Shown one piece after another: positions 10,359-21,392 of a DNA stretch of 64,000 nt. Source of the DNA: Isoptericola halotolerans (lineage in GTDB: Bacteria; Actinomycetota; Actinomycetes; Actinomycetales; Cellulomonadaceae); assembly GCF_013149785.1 (NCBI RefSeq), contig NZ_JABEZU010000003.1:1-64000 (forward strand), given 5' to 3'. Each line of letters opens with the position of its first letter. Positions within the stretch are counted from its first letter, which is position 1. Both the position numbers and the translations under genes were made by a program. The notes beneath the pieces were generated by a model. That model was not told the origin of the DNA, did not search any database, and saw only the letters and a list, made by a program, of their open reading frames with translations.

Positions 10359-11303
10359 ATGCACGCCATCGGAGTCGACATCGGCGGAACGAAGATCGCC
10401 GTCGGCGTCGTGGACGAGGCCGGTCGCATCCTGGCCAAGGTCCGGCGGGACACCGCCGCCGACGACGTCGCGAGCATCGACCGCGCGATCGCGGACGCCT
10501 GCGTCGAGCTGGCCAAGGAGCACGAGGTCGGTGCCATCGGCCTGGCCGCGGCGGGCTTCGTCAGCCCGGACCGCACCTCCGTGCTGTTCGCGCCCAACAT
10601 CGCCTGGCGCGAGTACCCGCTCGCGCAGAAGGTCCGCGACCTGGTGGGCCTGGACGTGCCGGTCGTCGTCGAGAACGACGCGAACGCCGCCGGGTGGGCG
10701 GAGTTCCGGTTCGGTGCCGCGCGCTCGGCGACCGACATGCTGCTGCTGACCATCGGCACCGGGCTGGGCGGCGCCGTCGTGGTCGACCGTGAGCTCGTGC
10801 GGGGCAAGTGGGGGGTGGCGGCCGAGGTCGGGCACATGCGCGTGGTGCCGGGCGGGCACTACTGCGGGTGCGGTCACGAGGGCTGCTGGGAGCAGTACGC
10901 CTCAGGCACCGCGCTGGTGCGCGACGCCCGCCAGGCGGCGACGGCCTACCCGGACCGAGCCCGCCGACTCGTGGAGCTCGCGGGCGGCGACGCGGCCGAC
11001 ATCACCGGACCGCAGATCACGCAGGCCGCGCAGGCCGGCGACGCGCTGTCGATCGAGCTGCTCGCCACCCTCGGCCGGTGGATCGGCGAGGGCGCGGCCT
11101 CGGTCGCGGCCCTGCTGGACCCCGAGCTCATCGTCCTCGGGGGAGGGGTCGGGGCGGCGGGCGACCTGCTGCTGACGCCGGTGCGCAAGGCGTACGAGTC
11201 CGAGCTCTCCGCCCTGGGCCACCGTCCCGTCGCGCAGATCGAGCTGGCGCAGCAGGGCAACGAGGCCGGCATCATCGGCGCCGCCGACCTGGCGCGCCGC
11301 TGA
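10359..11303 (+). CDS. glk: ROK family glucokinase
   Basis: GVDIGGTK, ENDANAA, TIGTGLGG and EVGH..CGCG..GCWEQYASG motifs. Confidence 0.93.
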   Translation: MHAIGVDIGGTKIAVGVVDEAGRILAKVRRDTAADDVASIDRAIADACVELAKEHEVGAIGLAAAGFVSPDRTSVLFAPNIAWREYPLAQKVRDLVGLDVPVVVENDANAAGWAEFRFGAARSATDMLLLTIGTGLGGAVVVDRELVRGKWGVAAEVGHMRVVPGGHYCGCGHEGCWEQYASGTALVRDARQAATAYPDRARRLVELAGGDAADITGPQITQAAQAGDALSIELLATLGRWIGEGAASVAALLDPELIVLGGGVGAAGDLLLTPVRKAYESELSALGHRPVAQIELAQQGNEAGIIGAADLARR

Positions 11304-11316
11304 CTCCGCCACCGCC

Positions 11317-11850
11317 TCAGACGACGGCACCGGGGTCGTGGTCCTCCGGGTCACGCCGGTGGGGCATCCGCCAGACGAGGACCGCGATCGCGGCGAGGAA
11401 CGACCCGCCACCGGCCGGTCCGACCCACCCCGGCACCTCGAGCTCCGGCAGCATGGCCCGCAGGATCACCGCCACGACCGTGAGCACCGGGACGGCCACG
11501 GCGACCGTCCAGGCGAGAGCGAGCAAGGGTTCGCGGTGCGCGACGAGGTCGGGGTCCGGGGGGACGAAGTGGTCCTCGGCCTCCTCGAGCGCCTCGACCT
11601 CGGGCGTCGTCGCCCAGTCGCGGGGGCCGGCAGGCTGCACGGGTGCGGGCGTCTCGCCGGGTGGCCGGGAGGCGTCGGCGGGTTCTGCGGGTTCCGGGCG
11701 CCCGGTGGGTTCGGTGGTCGTCCCGGCGTCCTCGACGACGAACCGGGACTGCTCCACGTCACCCAGACGTGCGACGATGTCGGACCAACGGGCGTCGACG
11801 TCGGCGTCCGGAAGGTCGTCCGGTTCCGCGTCCCGGTTCGGTGAGGCCAT
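11317..11850 (-). CDS. Conserved actinobacterial membrane protein
   Basis: DARWSDIVARL N-terminus, EDHFVPPDP, two TM helices, GAVV C-terminus; TAGAGT -10 six nt before the ATG. Confidence 0.75.
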   Translation of the reverse strand: MASPNRDAEPDDLPDADVDARWSDIVARLGDVEQSRFVVEDAGTTTEPTGRPEPAEPADASRPPGETPAPVQPAGPRDWATTPEVEALEEAEDHFVPPDPDLVAHREPLLALAWTVAVAVPVLTVVAVILRAMLPELEVPGWVGPAGGGSFLAAIAVLVWRMPHRRDPEDHDPGAVV

Positions 11851-11892
11851 GGGACCACTCTATTGTCGTCGGCGAGGCCGCGAGGAGGACCG

Positions 11893-12663
11893 TTGTTCTA
11901 CTGGATCATGAAGCACGTGCTGGTCGGGCCGTGGCTCCGGCTCGCCTTCCGTCCCTGGACCAGGGGCGTCGAGCACGTGCCGGACTCCGGTGGTGCGATC
12001 CTGGCGAGCAACCACCTGGCCGTGATCGACTCGTTCGTGCTGCCCATCGTGCTGGAACGTCAGGTGAAGTTCCTCGGCAAGTCCGACTACTTCACCGGCC
12101 GTGGGCTCAAGGGCAGGCTCGTGGCCGGCTTCATGCGTGGTGTCGGCACGATCCCGGTGGACCGCTCCGGCGGCAAGGCCAGCGAGGCCGCGCTGCGTAC
12201 CGGGATGCGCGTGCTGGACGAGGGCGACCTCTTCGGCATCTACCCGGAGGGGACGCGGAGTCCCGACGGGCGCCTGTACCGGGGCAAGACGGGAGTCGCC
12301 CGTCTGGCGCTGGAGTCCGGCGCGCCGGTGGTCCCCGTGGCGATGGTGGGCACCGACGTCGCGCAGCCGCTGGGACGGGTGATCCCCAAGCCTCGGCCGA
12401 TCGGTGTCGTCTTCGGTGAGCCCCTGGACTTCAGCCGCTACCGGGGGATGGAGACCGACCGGTTCGTGCTGCGAGCCGTCGCCGACGAGATCATGTACGC
12501 CGTCCTGCGGCTCAGCGAGCAGGAGTACGTCGACGTGTACGCCGCCACCGCGAAGGTGCGGCTCGCGCAGGGACTGCCGGTGGACGCCCCGCCCGGCGCG
12601 GCGCGGCCGGCGGCGCCGGAGCCCCCGGCCGCGGAGCCCCCCGCGCAGGACCCCGCCGGCTGA
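11893..12663 (+). CDS. 1-acyl-sn-glycerol-3-phosphate (lysophospholipid) acyltransferase
   Basis: SNHLAVIDS (HxxxxD) and YPEGTRS; TTG start after GGAGG. Confidence 0.93.
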   Translation: MFYWIMKHVLVGPWLRLAFRPWTRGVEHVPDSGGAILASNHLAVIDSFVLPIVLERQVKFLGKSDYFTGRGLKGRLVAGFMRGVGTIPVDRSGGKASEAALRTGMRVLDEGDLFGIYPEGTRSPDGRLYRGKTGVARLALESGAPVVPVAMVGTDVAQPLGRVIPKPRPIGVVFGEPLDFSRYRGMETDRFVLRAVADEIMYAVLRLSEQEYVDVYAATAKVRLAQGLPVDAPPGAARPAAPEPPAAEPPAQDPAG

Positions 12664-12738
12664 GACGAGGTCACGCGCACGCGCGGGACCTCACTAGGAT
12701 GGGCACCGCTGTCCATCCCCAACGAGAGGTAGCCCCTC

Positions 12739-13965
12739 ATGTCGGTCCGTCGTGTCGCCCTGCTGACCGCCGGTGGTTTCGCACCGTGCCTGTCCTCCGC
12801 CGTCGGAGGTCTCATCGAGCGGTACACCGAGCTCGACCCGTCGATCGAGATCATCGCCTACCAGTACGGCTACCACGGCCTGCTGACCGGCACGAAGATC
12901 GAGATCGACGAGGAGGGCCGCCGTCAGGCGGGCGTCCTGCACCGGTTCGGCGGCTCGCCCATCGGCAACTCGCGCGTCAAGCTCACCAACGCCGCCGACT
13001 GCGTCAGGCGTGGGCTCGTCCGCGAGGGGCAGGACCCCCTGCACGTCGCCGCGGAGCAGCTCAAGGCCGACGGCGTGGACGTGCTGCACACCATCGGCGG
13101 CGACGACACGAACACCACCGCGGCGGACCTCGCGGCCTACCTCGCGGAGAACGACTACGACCTCACCGTGGTCGGCCTGCCGAAGACCATCGACAACGAC
13201 GTGGTGCCGATCCGCCAGTCGCTCGGGGCGTGGACCGCCGCCGAGGAGGCCGCCGGGTTCGCGGCGAACGTCATCGGCGAGCACCGCTCGGGCCCGCGCA
13301 TGCTGATCGTGCACGAGGTCATGGGCCGGCACTGCGGCTGGCTGACGGCGGCCGCCGCCGCGGAGTACCGCAAGTGGCTCGACGCCCAGGAGTTCGCCCC
13401 GGCGCTCGGCCTCACCCGTGAGCGCTGGGACGTGCACGCGGTGTTCCTGCCGGAGCTCGCGCTCGACATCGATGCCGAGGCCGAGCGTCTCAAGGCGATC
13501 ATGGACACCGAGGGCAACGTCAACATCTTCCTGTCCGAGGGTGCGGGCATGCACGAGATCGTCGCGCAGCTCGAGGCCGCGGGCGAGGAGGTCCAGCGCG
13601 ACCCGTTCGGGCACGTCAAGCTCGACACGATCAACCCGGGCCAGTGGTTCGCGAAGCAGTTCGCCGAGAAGCTGGGCGCCGAGAAGGTCATGGTCCAGAA
13701 GTCCGGCTACTACTCGCGCGCCGCGGCCGCGAACGCCGAGGACCTGCGCCTCATCAAGTCGATGACCGACCTCGCCGTCGAGTGCGCCCTGCGCGGCGAG
13801 GCCGGCGTGATCGGCCACGACGAGGAGGACGGTGACCGTCTCAAGGCGATCGCGTTCCCGCGCATCGCCGGTGGCAAGGCGTTCGACGTGCACACCGAGT
13901 GGTTCGGCGAGCTGCTGGCCGGCATCGGCCAGTCCCTCGTCCCGGCGCAGCCGGCCGAGCACTGA
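12739..13965 (+). CDS. pfp: Pyrophosphate-dependent phosphofructokinase
   Basis: LTAGG, GGDDT (PPi-type Asp), PKTIDND and EVMGR motifs. Confidence 0.92.
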   Translation: MSVRRVALLTAGGFAPCLSSAVGGLIERYTELDPSIEIIAYQYGYHGLLTGTKIEIDEEGRRQAGVLHRFGGSPIGNSRVKLTNAADCVRRGLVREGQDPLHVAAEQLKADGVDVLHTIGGDDTNTTAADLAAYLAENDYDLTVVGLPKTIDNDVVPIRQSLGAWTAAEEAAGFAANVIGEHRSGPRMLIVHEVMGRHCGWLTAAAAAEYRKWLDAQEFAPALGLTRERWDVHAVFLPELALDIDAEAERLKAIMDTEGNVNIFLSEGAGMHEIVAQLEAAGEEVQRDPFGHVKLDTINPGQWFAKQFAEKLGAEKVMVQKSGYYSRAAAANAEDLRLIKSMTDLAVECALRGEAGVIGHDEEDGDRLKAIAFPRIAGGKAFDVHTEWFGELLAGIGQSLVPAQPAEH

Positions 13966-13979
13966 GGCGGACGGGCACC

Positions 13980-15344
13980 ATGAGCAGCGCCGTCGACTCC
14001 GTCGCGCCGGGGACCGACCCGGACGGCCTGGACCGGTTCCGCGGCCTCGAGGCGCGGCAGCAGCCGGTCTGGCCCGACGCCGACAGCCTCGCCGCGGTCG
14101 TGGCGAGGCTGTCGGTCGCGGCGCCGCTCGTGGTGCCCGCCGAGGCCGACACCCTCACCGACCGCCTCGCGGCGGCAGGCCGGGGCGAGGCCTTCCTGCT
14201 GCAGGGCGGCGACTGCGCGGAGACCTTCGCCGACGCGAACGCCACCCGCATCCGCAACAAGGTCCGCACCATCCTGCAGATGGCCGTCGTGCTGACCCAC
14301 GGTGCCAGCACGCCCGTGGTCAAGATGGGCCGGCTCGCCGGGCAGTACGCCAAGCCACGGTCGTCCGACGAGGAGACCCGTGACGGGGTGACGTTGCCGT
14401 GCTATCGCGGCGACATGGTCAACGGGCACGCGTTCACGTCCGGCTCGCGTACCCCGGACCCGGCACGGCTGGAGCAGGCCTACCGGATCTCGACGGCCAC
14501 GGCGAACGTCGTGCGCGCCTTCACCCAGGGCGGCTACGCCGACCTGCGGCGGGTGCACGAGTGGAACCGGGGGTTCATGGAGAATCCTGCCTACGCCCGC
14601 TACGAGCGCACCGCGACGGAGATCGACCGCGCGATCCGCTTCATGGACGCCTGCGGGGCCGACTTCGACGCGCTGCGCACCGTCGAGTTCTTCCTCAGCC
14701 ACGAGGCGCTCATCCTCGACTACGAGCGCGCGCTGACCCGCATCGACGCCCGCACGGGCAAGCCCTACGCGTCCAGCGCGCACTTCCTGTGGATCGGGGA
14801 GCGGACGCGGCAGCTCGACGGCGCCCACGTCGAGTTCCTCTCGCACGTGGCCAACCCGATCGGCGTCAAGCTGGGACCGACGACGAGCCCCGGTGACGCG
14901 ATCGCGCTGGCGCGGCGCCTGAACCCCGAGAACCGCGAGGGGCGGCTGACCTTCATCACCCGCATGGGTGCCGGCCGCGTGCGCGACGTGCTCCCGGACG
15001 TCGTGGAGAAGGTGACGGCGGCGGGCGTCGCGGTCACCTGGGTCACCGACCCGATGCACGGCAACACCATCACCTCCGAGTCCGGCTACAAGACGCGCAG
15101 GTTCACGGACGTCCTGGACGAGGTCACCGGCTTCTTCGAGGTGCACCGCGCCCTGGGCACCGTGCCGGGCGGCCTGCACATGGAGCTGACCGGCGACGAC
15201 GTCACCGAGGTGCTGGGCGGCAGCGAGGAGATCTCCGACGCCGGCCTGGCCGAGCGCTACGAGACGCTCGTGGACCCGCGCCTCAACCACCAGCAGTCGC
15301 TGGAGACTGCGTTCCAGGTCGCGGAGATGCTCACCAGACGGTGA
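13980..15344 (+). CDS. Class II 3-deoxy-7-phosphoheptulonate (DAHP) synthase
   Basis: [32 protein letters not shown] and DPRLN motifs. Confidence 0.96.
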   Translation: MSSAVDSVAPGTDPDGLDRFRGLEARQQPVWPDADSLAAVVARLSVAAPLVVPAEADTLTDRLAAAGRGEAFLLQGGDCAETFADANATRIRNKVRTILQMAVVLTHGASTPVVKMGRLAGQYAKPRSSDEETRDGVTLPCYRGDMVNGHAFTSGSRTPDPARLEQAYRISTATANVVRAFTQGGYADLRRVHEWNRGFMENPAYARYERTATEIDRAIRFMDACGADFDALRTVEFFLSHEALILDYERALTRIDARTGKPYASSAHFLWIGERTRQLDGAHVEFLSHVANPIGVKLGPTTSPGDAIALARRLNPENREGRLTFITRMGAGRVRDVLPDVVEKVTAAGVAVTWVTDPMHGNTITSESGYKTRRFTDVLDEVTGFFEVHRALGTVPGGLHMELTGDDVTEVLGGSEEISDAGLAERYETLVDPRLNHQQSLETAFQVAEMLTRR

Positions 15345-17325
15345 GGGTCACGGTCGTGCCGACCGCTGCCGTGCCGTCCACGTCCTGGAACCGCACCGTG
15401 TCGAGCAGCCCGCCCAGGTAGCGGTTGACGTCGACGTCGAACCCGGCGTCCTCCAGCGCGCCGACGGCCTCCTCGCTCGACATGCCGACGACGTCCGGCA
15501 CCTCGGCGTCGGGCGGGCCGGCGGAGAGGGTCAGGGTGACGGTGTCGGTGCGGCGAGCCGTGGCGCCCTGCTCCGGGTCCTGGCTGAGCACTCGCCCCTC
15601 GTCGACGTCGGTGGAGTGCTCCGGGTCGGAGTACTCCACCGCCAGTCCGGCGTCCGACAGGTCGCTCTCGGCGCCGTCCTTGCCGAGGCCGACCACCTGG
15701 GGCACGCGGACCGGTGCCGGCCCGTCCGAGACGGTGAGCCGGACGGCCGTGTCGTGCGGCTGCTCGGAACCCTCCGGGACCGAGACCTCGAGCACCTCGC
15801 CGGCCGGGGCGTCGTCGTCGTAGGCCGTGCGGGCCTCGTCGACGGCGAAGCCGGCCTCGCGCAGCGCCGCGCTCGCCGCGTCCTGCTCGGCACCGACCAG
15901 GCCGTCGGGGACCGTCAGCATGAGCACGCCGAGCGAGACGCTCAGGGTGACGGTCCCGTCGACGCGCACGGGGTCGCCGGGCACGGGGTCGGTGGTCACG
16001 ACGTGCCCGGCGGGGACGTCGTCGTCGTGGGCCTCGACGGTGTCGGCCTCGAGGCCTTCGGCGGTGAGCGCCGCCAGCGCGTCGTCCTGCGTCGCGCCGG
16101 CGAGCTCGGCCGGGACGGTCGTCCACGCCCCGGGTCCGTCGGCGAACCACCACCAGGTGCCGTACGCCCCCGCCCCGAGGAGCACCGTCAGGACGGTGAG
16201 CCACACCACGAGCCGGCGTCGACCGCGAGGACGGCCGGGGGAGTCGGCGGCGTCGGCGCTGTCGTGCTCCAGCGTCCGGGCCGGGGAGGTGACGAGATGC
16301 TCGGTGTCGTGGGCCCGGACCGAGACCTCGGCGAAGAACCCGGCCGGGATCTCGTCGACGGCGGCGTCCTGCGCAGGCTCGACGGTCTCGATCCCCTCGG
16401 GCGACGAGTCGGTGGCCTCCGGCGCCGGGGCCGGGGGCTCCGGTGGGTCGGCGGCACGGGCGAGGACCGCGTCGTCGAGCACGGCGCGCAGCCCGACGAC
16501 GGCGGCCAGCGCGGCACCCGCGTGCGCCGGGCGGCGGCTCGCGTCCCGCGCGGTGAAGGCGGAGACGAGCTCGTCCACGTCGGCGCCGAGCCAGTCCACC
16601 CGCTGGGACGGCGGCGGGAAGTCCTCGTGGACGTGGTGGAAGGCCACCTGGATCGGCGGCTCGCCCGGGTACGGCAGCGAGCCGGTGAGCATCTCGTGCA
16701 GCAGCACCCCGACGGCGTAGACGTCGGTGGCGGGGGTGCAGCCCCCGGACGTGATGACCTCCGGGGCCAGGTACGCGACGGTGCCGAGGATGGTGCCGGT
16801 GGCGGTCGAGGTCACCTCGGTGACGGCGCGGGCGAGCCCGAAGTCGGCCACCTTGACCTGGCCGTCGTCGTCGATGAGGACGTTCTCCGGCTTGACGTCC
16901 CGGTGGACCAGCCCGACCCGGTGCGCCGCCGACAGGGCGGCGAGCACCTGCTCGGCCACGTCCAGCGCGCGGTCCACGGTCAGCGGGCCGGCCTGCAGCT
17001 CGCCGCGCAGGTTGGTGCCCGGCACGTACTCCATGGTCAGGTAGCTGGTGGCTCCGTCGACCCCCTGGTCGTACACGGCGACGACGCCGGGGTGGGACAG
17101 CCGGGCCGAGGCGCGGGCCTCGCGACGGAACCGGGAGACGAAGCTCGCTCCCTCGACGCCCTCGGCGAGGTGGGGGTGCATCACCTTGACGGCGACCTCG
17201 CGCCCCAGGCGGCGGTCCTGCGCCCGGTAGACGGTCGCCATCCCTCCGCGGGCCACGCGCGCGACGATCTCGTACCGCCCGTCGACCAGGCGGCCGAGGA
17301 GAGGATCGGTCGTCGTGATGGCCAC
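15331..17325 (-). CDS. pknL: PASTA-domain Ser/Thr protein kinase (PknL type)
   Basis: [22 protein letters not shown], a TM helix and about four PASTA repeats; synteny with the DAHP synthase and Rv2175c-like genes. Confidence 0.9.
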   Translation of the reverse strand: MAITTTDPLLGRLVDGRYEIVARVARGGMATVYRAQDRRLGREVAVKVMHPHLAEGVEGASFVSRFRREARASARLSHPGVVAVYDQGVDGATSYLTMEYVPGTNLRGELQAGPLTVDRALDVAEQVLAALSAAHRVGLVHRDVKPENVLIDDDGQVKVADFGLARAVTEVTSTATGTILGTVAYLAPEVITSGGCTPATDVYAVGVLLHEMLTGSLPYPGEPPIQVAFHHVHEDFPPPSQRVDWLGADVDELVSAFTARDASRRPAHAGAALAAVVGLRAVLDDAVLARAADPPEPPAPAPEATDSSPEGIETVEPAQDAAVDEIPAGFFAEVSVRAHDTEHLVTSPARTLEHDSADAADSPGRPRGRRRLVVWLTVLTVLLGAGAYGTWWWFADGPGAWTTVPAELAGATQDDALAALTAEGLEADTVEAHDDDVPAGHVVTTDPVPGDPVRVDGTVTLSVSLGVLMLTVPDGLVGAEQDAASAALREAGFAVDEARTAYDDDAPAGEVLEVSVPEGSEQPHDTAVRLTVSDGPAPVRVPQVVGLGKDGAESDLSDAGLAVEYSDPEHSTDVDEGRVLSQDPEQGATARRTDTVTLTLSAGPPDAEVPDVVGMSSEEAVGALEDAGFDVDVNRYLGGLLDTVRFQDVDGTAAVGTTVTLTVW

Positions 17326-17388
17326 GTCAGCGAGTGTAGGAGCAGCGGCGCGGCACGGCCTGCAGGCGCGGCGGCATAGGCTGGGGCC

Positions 17389-17781
17389 GTGAACGACGCA
17401 CCGCAGGACCTGCCCCTGGACGACCTCGACGATCTCGTCGGTGAATGGCTGACGCTGCCCGATCTCGCCGACGCCCTCGGTGTGGCACCGGGCCGGGCCC
17501 GGGGTCTGGTGGCCTCCCGCCACGTCATCGGGGTCAAGCGCGGCGAGCGCAACACCCTGCAGGTCCCGGCGGCGTTCGTCGTCACCGGCCCGCACGGCGA
17601 CCCGGAGGTGCTCGAGACGCTGCGTGGCACCATCATCCTGCTCTCGGACCTCGGGGTGTCCGACGTCGAGGCGCTGCGGTGGCTGTTCACGCCGGAGGAG
17701 ACGCTGGGGGCCACGCCGATCGAGGCGTTGCGCTCCGGCCGACGCGCCCCGGTCCGCCGGGCCGCTCAGTCCCTGGCCTGA
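17389..17781 (+). CDS. Rv2175c-family DNA-binding protein
   Basis: [34 protein letters not shown]; divergent from pknL. Confidence 0.88.
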   Translation: MNDAPQDLPLDDLDDLVGEWLTLPDLADALGVAPGRARGLVASRHVIGVKRGERNTLQVPAAFVVTGPHGDPEVLETLRGTIILLSDLGVSDVEALRWLFTPEETLGATPIEALRSGRRAPVRRAAQSLA

Positions 17782-17802
17782 CGGCCGAGGCCTCCCTGGC
17801 CC

Positions 17803-18909
17803 TCAGGCGGCCCGGACGACGGCGGCACGGGCGAGGCCCTGGAGGACCTCCCGCCCCCGCGGGTCGAGATCGGCGGCGGCGAGGGCGGACATCCCGGCCG
17901 CCGCGAGGTCGTCGATGAGGGTCTCCACACCGGCCACGGCTCCCGACGCGACGATCGCGGCACGGAGCGTGGCGACGTCGTCGTCGGTCAGCCGCGGGTC
18001 GCCCAGGTGCTTGGTGACGAGGCGGCGTGCGTCGTCGTCGCCGTGGGCGAGCGTCCGGGCGATGAGCACCGTGCGCTTGCCCTCGCGCAGGTCGTCGCCG
18101 GCGGGCTTGCCGGTGACCGCCGGGTCGCCGAAGACGCCGAGCAGGTCGTCGCGGAGCTGGAAGGCCTCGCCGAGCGGCAGCCCGGCCGCGCCGATCGCGT
18201 CGACGCGGTCCGACGTCGCCCCGGCCAGGACCGCTCCCAGCATGAGCGGCCGCTCGACGGAGTAGCGGGCGGACTTGGCCCGCAGCACGAGCCGAGCGCG
18301 CTCCTCGTCGGCGGCGGGGTCCTCGCCCCACGGCTCCGCCTGGACGAGCATGTCGAGGTACTGCCCGACGACGACCTCGCTGGTCATCGCGTCGAAGAGG
18401 TCCCGCGCGGCGCGGGAGACGGGGGCGTCCAGGGCGTCGAGGGCCGAGGCCGCCTCCCGGTGGCAGGCGACCAGGCACAGGTCGCCGAGCAGGATCGCCG
18501 CGGCCGTGCCGAACCGCTCGGCCTCGCCCGTCCAGCGCTGCGCCACGTGCCGTGCCTCGAACACCCGGTGCGCCGTCGGCCGGCCGCGGCGGGTGTCCGA
18601 GGCGTCCATGACGTCGTCGTGCAGCAGGGCGGCGGCCTGGAACAGCTCGAGCGCGGCACCGACCCGGACGACGGCGTCGCGGGCGGCCCCGTGGGACGCT
18701 CCGCCGTGCGCGCGGAAGGACCAGTAGCAGAACGCGGCGCGCAGGCGCTTCCCACCCTCCAGGAGGCTCGAGACCTGGTCGGTCATCGCCGTCGTGCCGG
18801 GGCCGGTGGCTGCGACCTCGTCGACCAGGCCGGCCAGGTGCCGCTCCAGGGCGGCGTCGACGTCGTGGCGCAGGTTCTCGGTCTCGACCAGGTCGGAGGC
18901 GGCAGACAT
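17803..18909 (-). CDS. Polyprenyl diphosphate (GGPP) synthase
   Basis: GGKRLR, LHDDVMD...RRG, GQYLD, FQLRDD and GDDLREGKRT motifs. Confidence 0.95.
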   Translation of the reverse strand: MSAASDLVETENLRHDVDAALERHLAGLVDEVAATGPGTTAMTDQVSSLLEGGKRLRAAFCYWSFRAHGGASHGAARDAVVRVGAALELFQAAALLHDDVMDASDTRRGRPTAHRVFEARHVAQRWTGEAERFGTAAAILLGDLCLVACHREAASALDALDAPVSRAARDLFDAMTSEVVVGQYLDMLVQAEPWGEDPAADEERARLVLRAKSARYSVERPLMLGAVLAGATSDRVDAIGAAGLPLGEAFQLRDDLLGVFGDPAVTGKPAGDDLREGKRTVLIARTLAHGDDDARRLVTKHLGDPRLTDDDVATLRAAIVASGAVAGVETLIDDLAAAGMSALAAADLDPRGREVLQGLARAAVVRAA

Positions 18910-18949
18910 GGTCCACAGCCTAGTGGGGCGGGGAGCTGTGCAGCTCGGT

Positions 18950-19495
18950 CTACCCGGCCTCGGCGGTGACGTCGAGGACGCTGCCGGACAACGACACGAG
19001 GCGGCGGTCCCCGTCGTCGAGCACTCCCAGCAGGACGGTCTCCACCCGCGGCTTCTTCTTGCCCTTGGTGCGGGTGTACGCCGTCTGGACGGTCAGGGCG
19101 GACGCGTCGACCGTCTCGGACTCCTCGAACCCCGCCTCGTCGAGGCGCTCGGCGTACCGGTCGACGACCTCCTGCGTGCTCAGCCCGGTGGACAGGTTCA
19201 AGGAGATCTCGAGCAGGTCGTCCTGCGCGGGGACGGCGGAGCTGGCCAGGACGGCCGAGTCCTCCGGTGCGCCGAGGAGGTCGGTCGGGAAGTCCGGGGC
19301 GTACCCGCCGACCGCCGTCGCGGGGTCGAACGACGGCAGGGCGGTCGGGGAGGGCGCCTCGAGCTCGGCACCGGGGCCGGGCGGGGGAGTGTCGTCCACG
19401 GGCTGCGCGTGGCAGCCGCTCGTCGCCGCCAGGCCGAGCGCCAGGGAGGCGCACAGGGCGCCACGCGTGGCGCGACGGCGAGAGGTCGGGGGCAC
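18950..19495 (-). CDS. Putative lipoprotein, unknown function
   Basis: Arg-rich N-terminus, hydrophobic stretch, lipobox-like TSGC; TACCGT -10 six nt before the GTG. Confidence 0.65.
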   Translation of the reverse strand: MPPTSRRRATRGALCASLALGLAATSGCHAQPVDDTPPPGPGAELEAPSPTALPSFDPATAVGGYAPDFPTDLLGAPEDSAVLASSAVPAQDDLLEISLNLSTGLSTQEVVDRYAERLDEAGFEESETVDASALTVQTAYTRTKGKKKPRVETVLLGVLDDGDRRLVSLSGSVLDVTAEAG

Positions 19496-19593
19496 GGCCT
19501 CACGGTAGCGGGTCCCCACCCCCAGCGGACACCGTCCCCAACAAGGTTCCCGGCCGTGTCCGGGCCGATGGTGGCTGCGCTCTGATCAGAGGC

Positions 19594-20787
19594 ATGACCA
19601 CCAGCCTGGACCTTCCCGACCCGACGACCATCCCGCTGCGGTCTCCGCACGACGTGCTCGCCGCCGTGCCCTACCGCCTCGGCTTCCGGCCGACCGAGAG
19701 CATCGTGCTCGCCTGCACGACCGCGCAGGACGAGCCCGGTCTCGTCGCCCGGGTGGGGCTCGAGGACCTGCGGTCACCAGGAGCCGACGCCGGGCTGGCG
19801 GCGCTCGCCCGCGCCGTCGCCGGCACACGCCCCGAGCGTTGTCTGCTCGCGCTGTACACCTCCCACGACGTCAGCGCCGCGGCCGACGCGCTCGAGGCCG
19901 TCCTGGACGCCGTCGAAGCGGTCGTCCCCGTGGACCCCTGGCTCGTCACGCCCGACGGCTACCGGGGGCTCGGCTGCGAGGACCCCACCTGCTGTCCCGA
20001 GCCGGGGCACCCGCTCGGAGCGCTCGACAGCAGCGAGATCGGTGCCGCGTACGTCCTCGCGGGGCACGTGGCGGCGGACTCCGCGCAGGCGGCGTTCGCG
20101 ATCGCCCGGGCGTCCGACGCCGCCCGCAACCTCGCCGGTCGCGCCGCGCGGCGCAGCGAGATCGCCCGTGGGCGCACCGCGGGCGACGATGCCGGACGCC
20201 TCCGTTGGCGCGGGGATGCCCTGGATGCGTGGCGTGAGGCGCTGCGCACCGTCGAGGTCGGGCAGGGTCCGGACGGCGGTGACGGTGGCCTGGGTCCCGC
20301 TCTGCTCGGCAGGGTCGCGGCCGGCCTCGCGGACCGTGCCGTCCGGGACGCGGTGCTGCTGACCCTGCTGCCCGGCGGGGAGGAGGCGGCGCGCGCCACG
20401 ACGGGCGCCGGCGACCGTGCGACCGTCGACGAGGAGACCGGCCAGGCGTTGGGCCGGGTGGTCGACCCGGCGCGAGGCGTCGCACCCGACGTCGAGGTCA
20501 TCGCGCGGGCGCGTGCCGTCCTGGAGCAGGTGGACGCGCACGTGCCGCAGAGGCTGCGTGCTGCCGGGCTCACGTTGCTCGCCTTCCTGGCGTGGTGGGC
20601 CGGTGACGGCCCCCGGGCGTCCTACCGGGTGGCCGAGGCGCTCGACGTCGACGAGTCGTACCGTCTCGCGCGACTGGTGCACTGCGTCGTGTCCTCGGCC
20701 CTGCCGCCCGGCTGGATCCGCGCACGAGCCGGCAGGGCGAGACACCCGGCCCCGAGCAGGACGCGGCCCACGGGCGACGTCCGGTAG
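19594..20787 (+). CDS. DUF4192 domain protein
   Basis: LRSPHDVLAAVPYRLGFRPTES, CCP..G, RDAVL and AWWAGDG..A motifs. Confidence 0.88.
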   Translation: MTTSLDLPDPTTIPLRSPHDVLAAVPYRLGFRPTESIVLACTTAQDEPGLVARVGLEDLRSPGADAGLAALARAVAGTRPERCLLALYTSHDVSAAADALEAVLDAVEAVVPVDPWLVTPDGYRGLGCEDPTCCPEPGHPLGALDSSEIGAAYVLAGHVAADSAQAAFAIARASDAARNLAGRAARRSEIARGRTAGDDAGRLRWRGDALDAWREALRTVEVGQGPDGGDGGLGPALLGRVAAGLADRAVRDAVLLTLLPGGEEAARATTGAGDRATVDEETGQALGRVVDPARGVAPDVEVIARARAVLEQVDAHVPQRLRAAGLTLLAFLAWWAGDGPRASYRVAEALDVDESYRLARLVHCVVSSALPPGWIRARAGRARHPAPSRTRPTGDVR

Positions 20788-20797
20788 CGTGCCACCC

Positions 20798-21157
20798 ATG
20801 GCGATCGTCGTGGGACATCTGGGAACGCCCGAGGGCAGGGAAGCGCTCGTGGCCGCGGTCTCCGAGGCGCGGCAACGTGAGAAGGCTCTCCTCGTGGTGA
20901 GCTCGGGGTCGAACCCGGCCCCCGAGGAGCTCGAGGCCCTCGCCGGCCGTCTCGCCGACGCCGGCGTCGAGCATCGCGTCGTCCCGGGCACCGGTGACCT
21001 CGCCGACGACCTGGTCCGGACCGCCTCCGACGAGCACGGCGAGCTCATCGTCATCGGCCTGCGACGACGCAGCCCGGTGGGCAAGCTCATCCTCGGGTCC
21101 GGCGCCCAGCGCATCCTGCTCGAGGCGCCCTGCCCCGTCCTCGCCGTCAAGCCCTGA
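20798..21157 (+). CDS. Universal stress protein
   Basis: IVVG, LIVIGLRRRSPVGKLILGS.AQRILLEAPCPVLAVK. Confidence 0.92.
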   Translation: MAIVVGHLGTPEGREALVAAVSEARQREKALLVVSSGSNPAPEELEALAGRLADAGVEHRVVPGTGDLADDLVRTASDEHGELIVIGLRRRSPVGKLILGSGAQRILLEAPCPVLAVKP

Positions 21158-21184
21158 CCGCCCCCGGATGCCGTCGCCGTCCAG

Positions 21185-21211
21185 GGAATAGGGGGCTGGC
21201 AACCCGGTGTT
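21185..21211 (+). promoter_or_regulatory. Candidate SigR/SigH-type promoter upstream of sigA
   Basis: GGAAT-N19-GTT; a separate TACAAT -10 lies at about 21303. Confidence 0.4.
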
Positions 21212-21392
21212 CACCTCGATATCACACGCGTCCCCACCCGGGATCGTGGTCCAGGACACGGTGCGGACGCCGTGTGCTCCACCGGCTGGTAGATGTCGCC
21301 GGTACAATAGAGGTATCCGCTCGAGCCGAGAGGTCCCCGTCCCCGGCTGACACGGCGGTTCACCGCCCCCTCGAATGCCGAAAGGTCGGTTT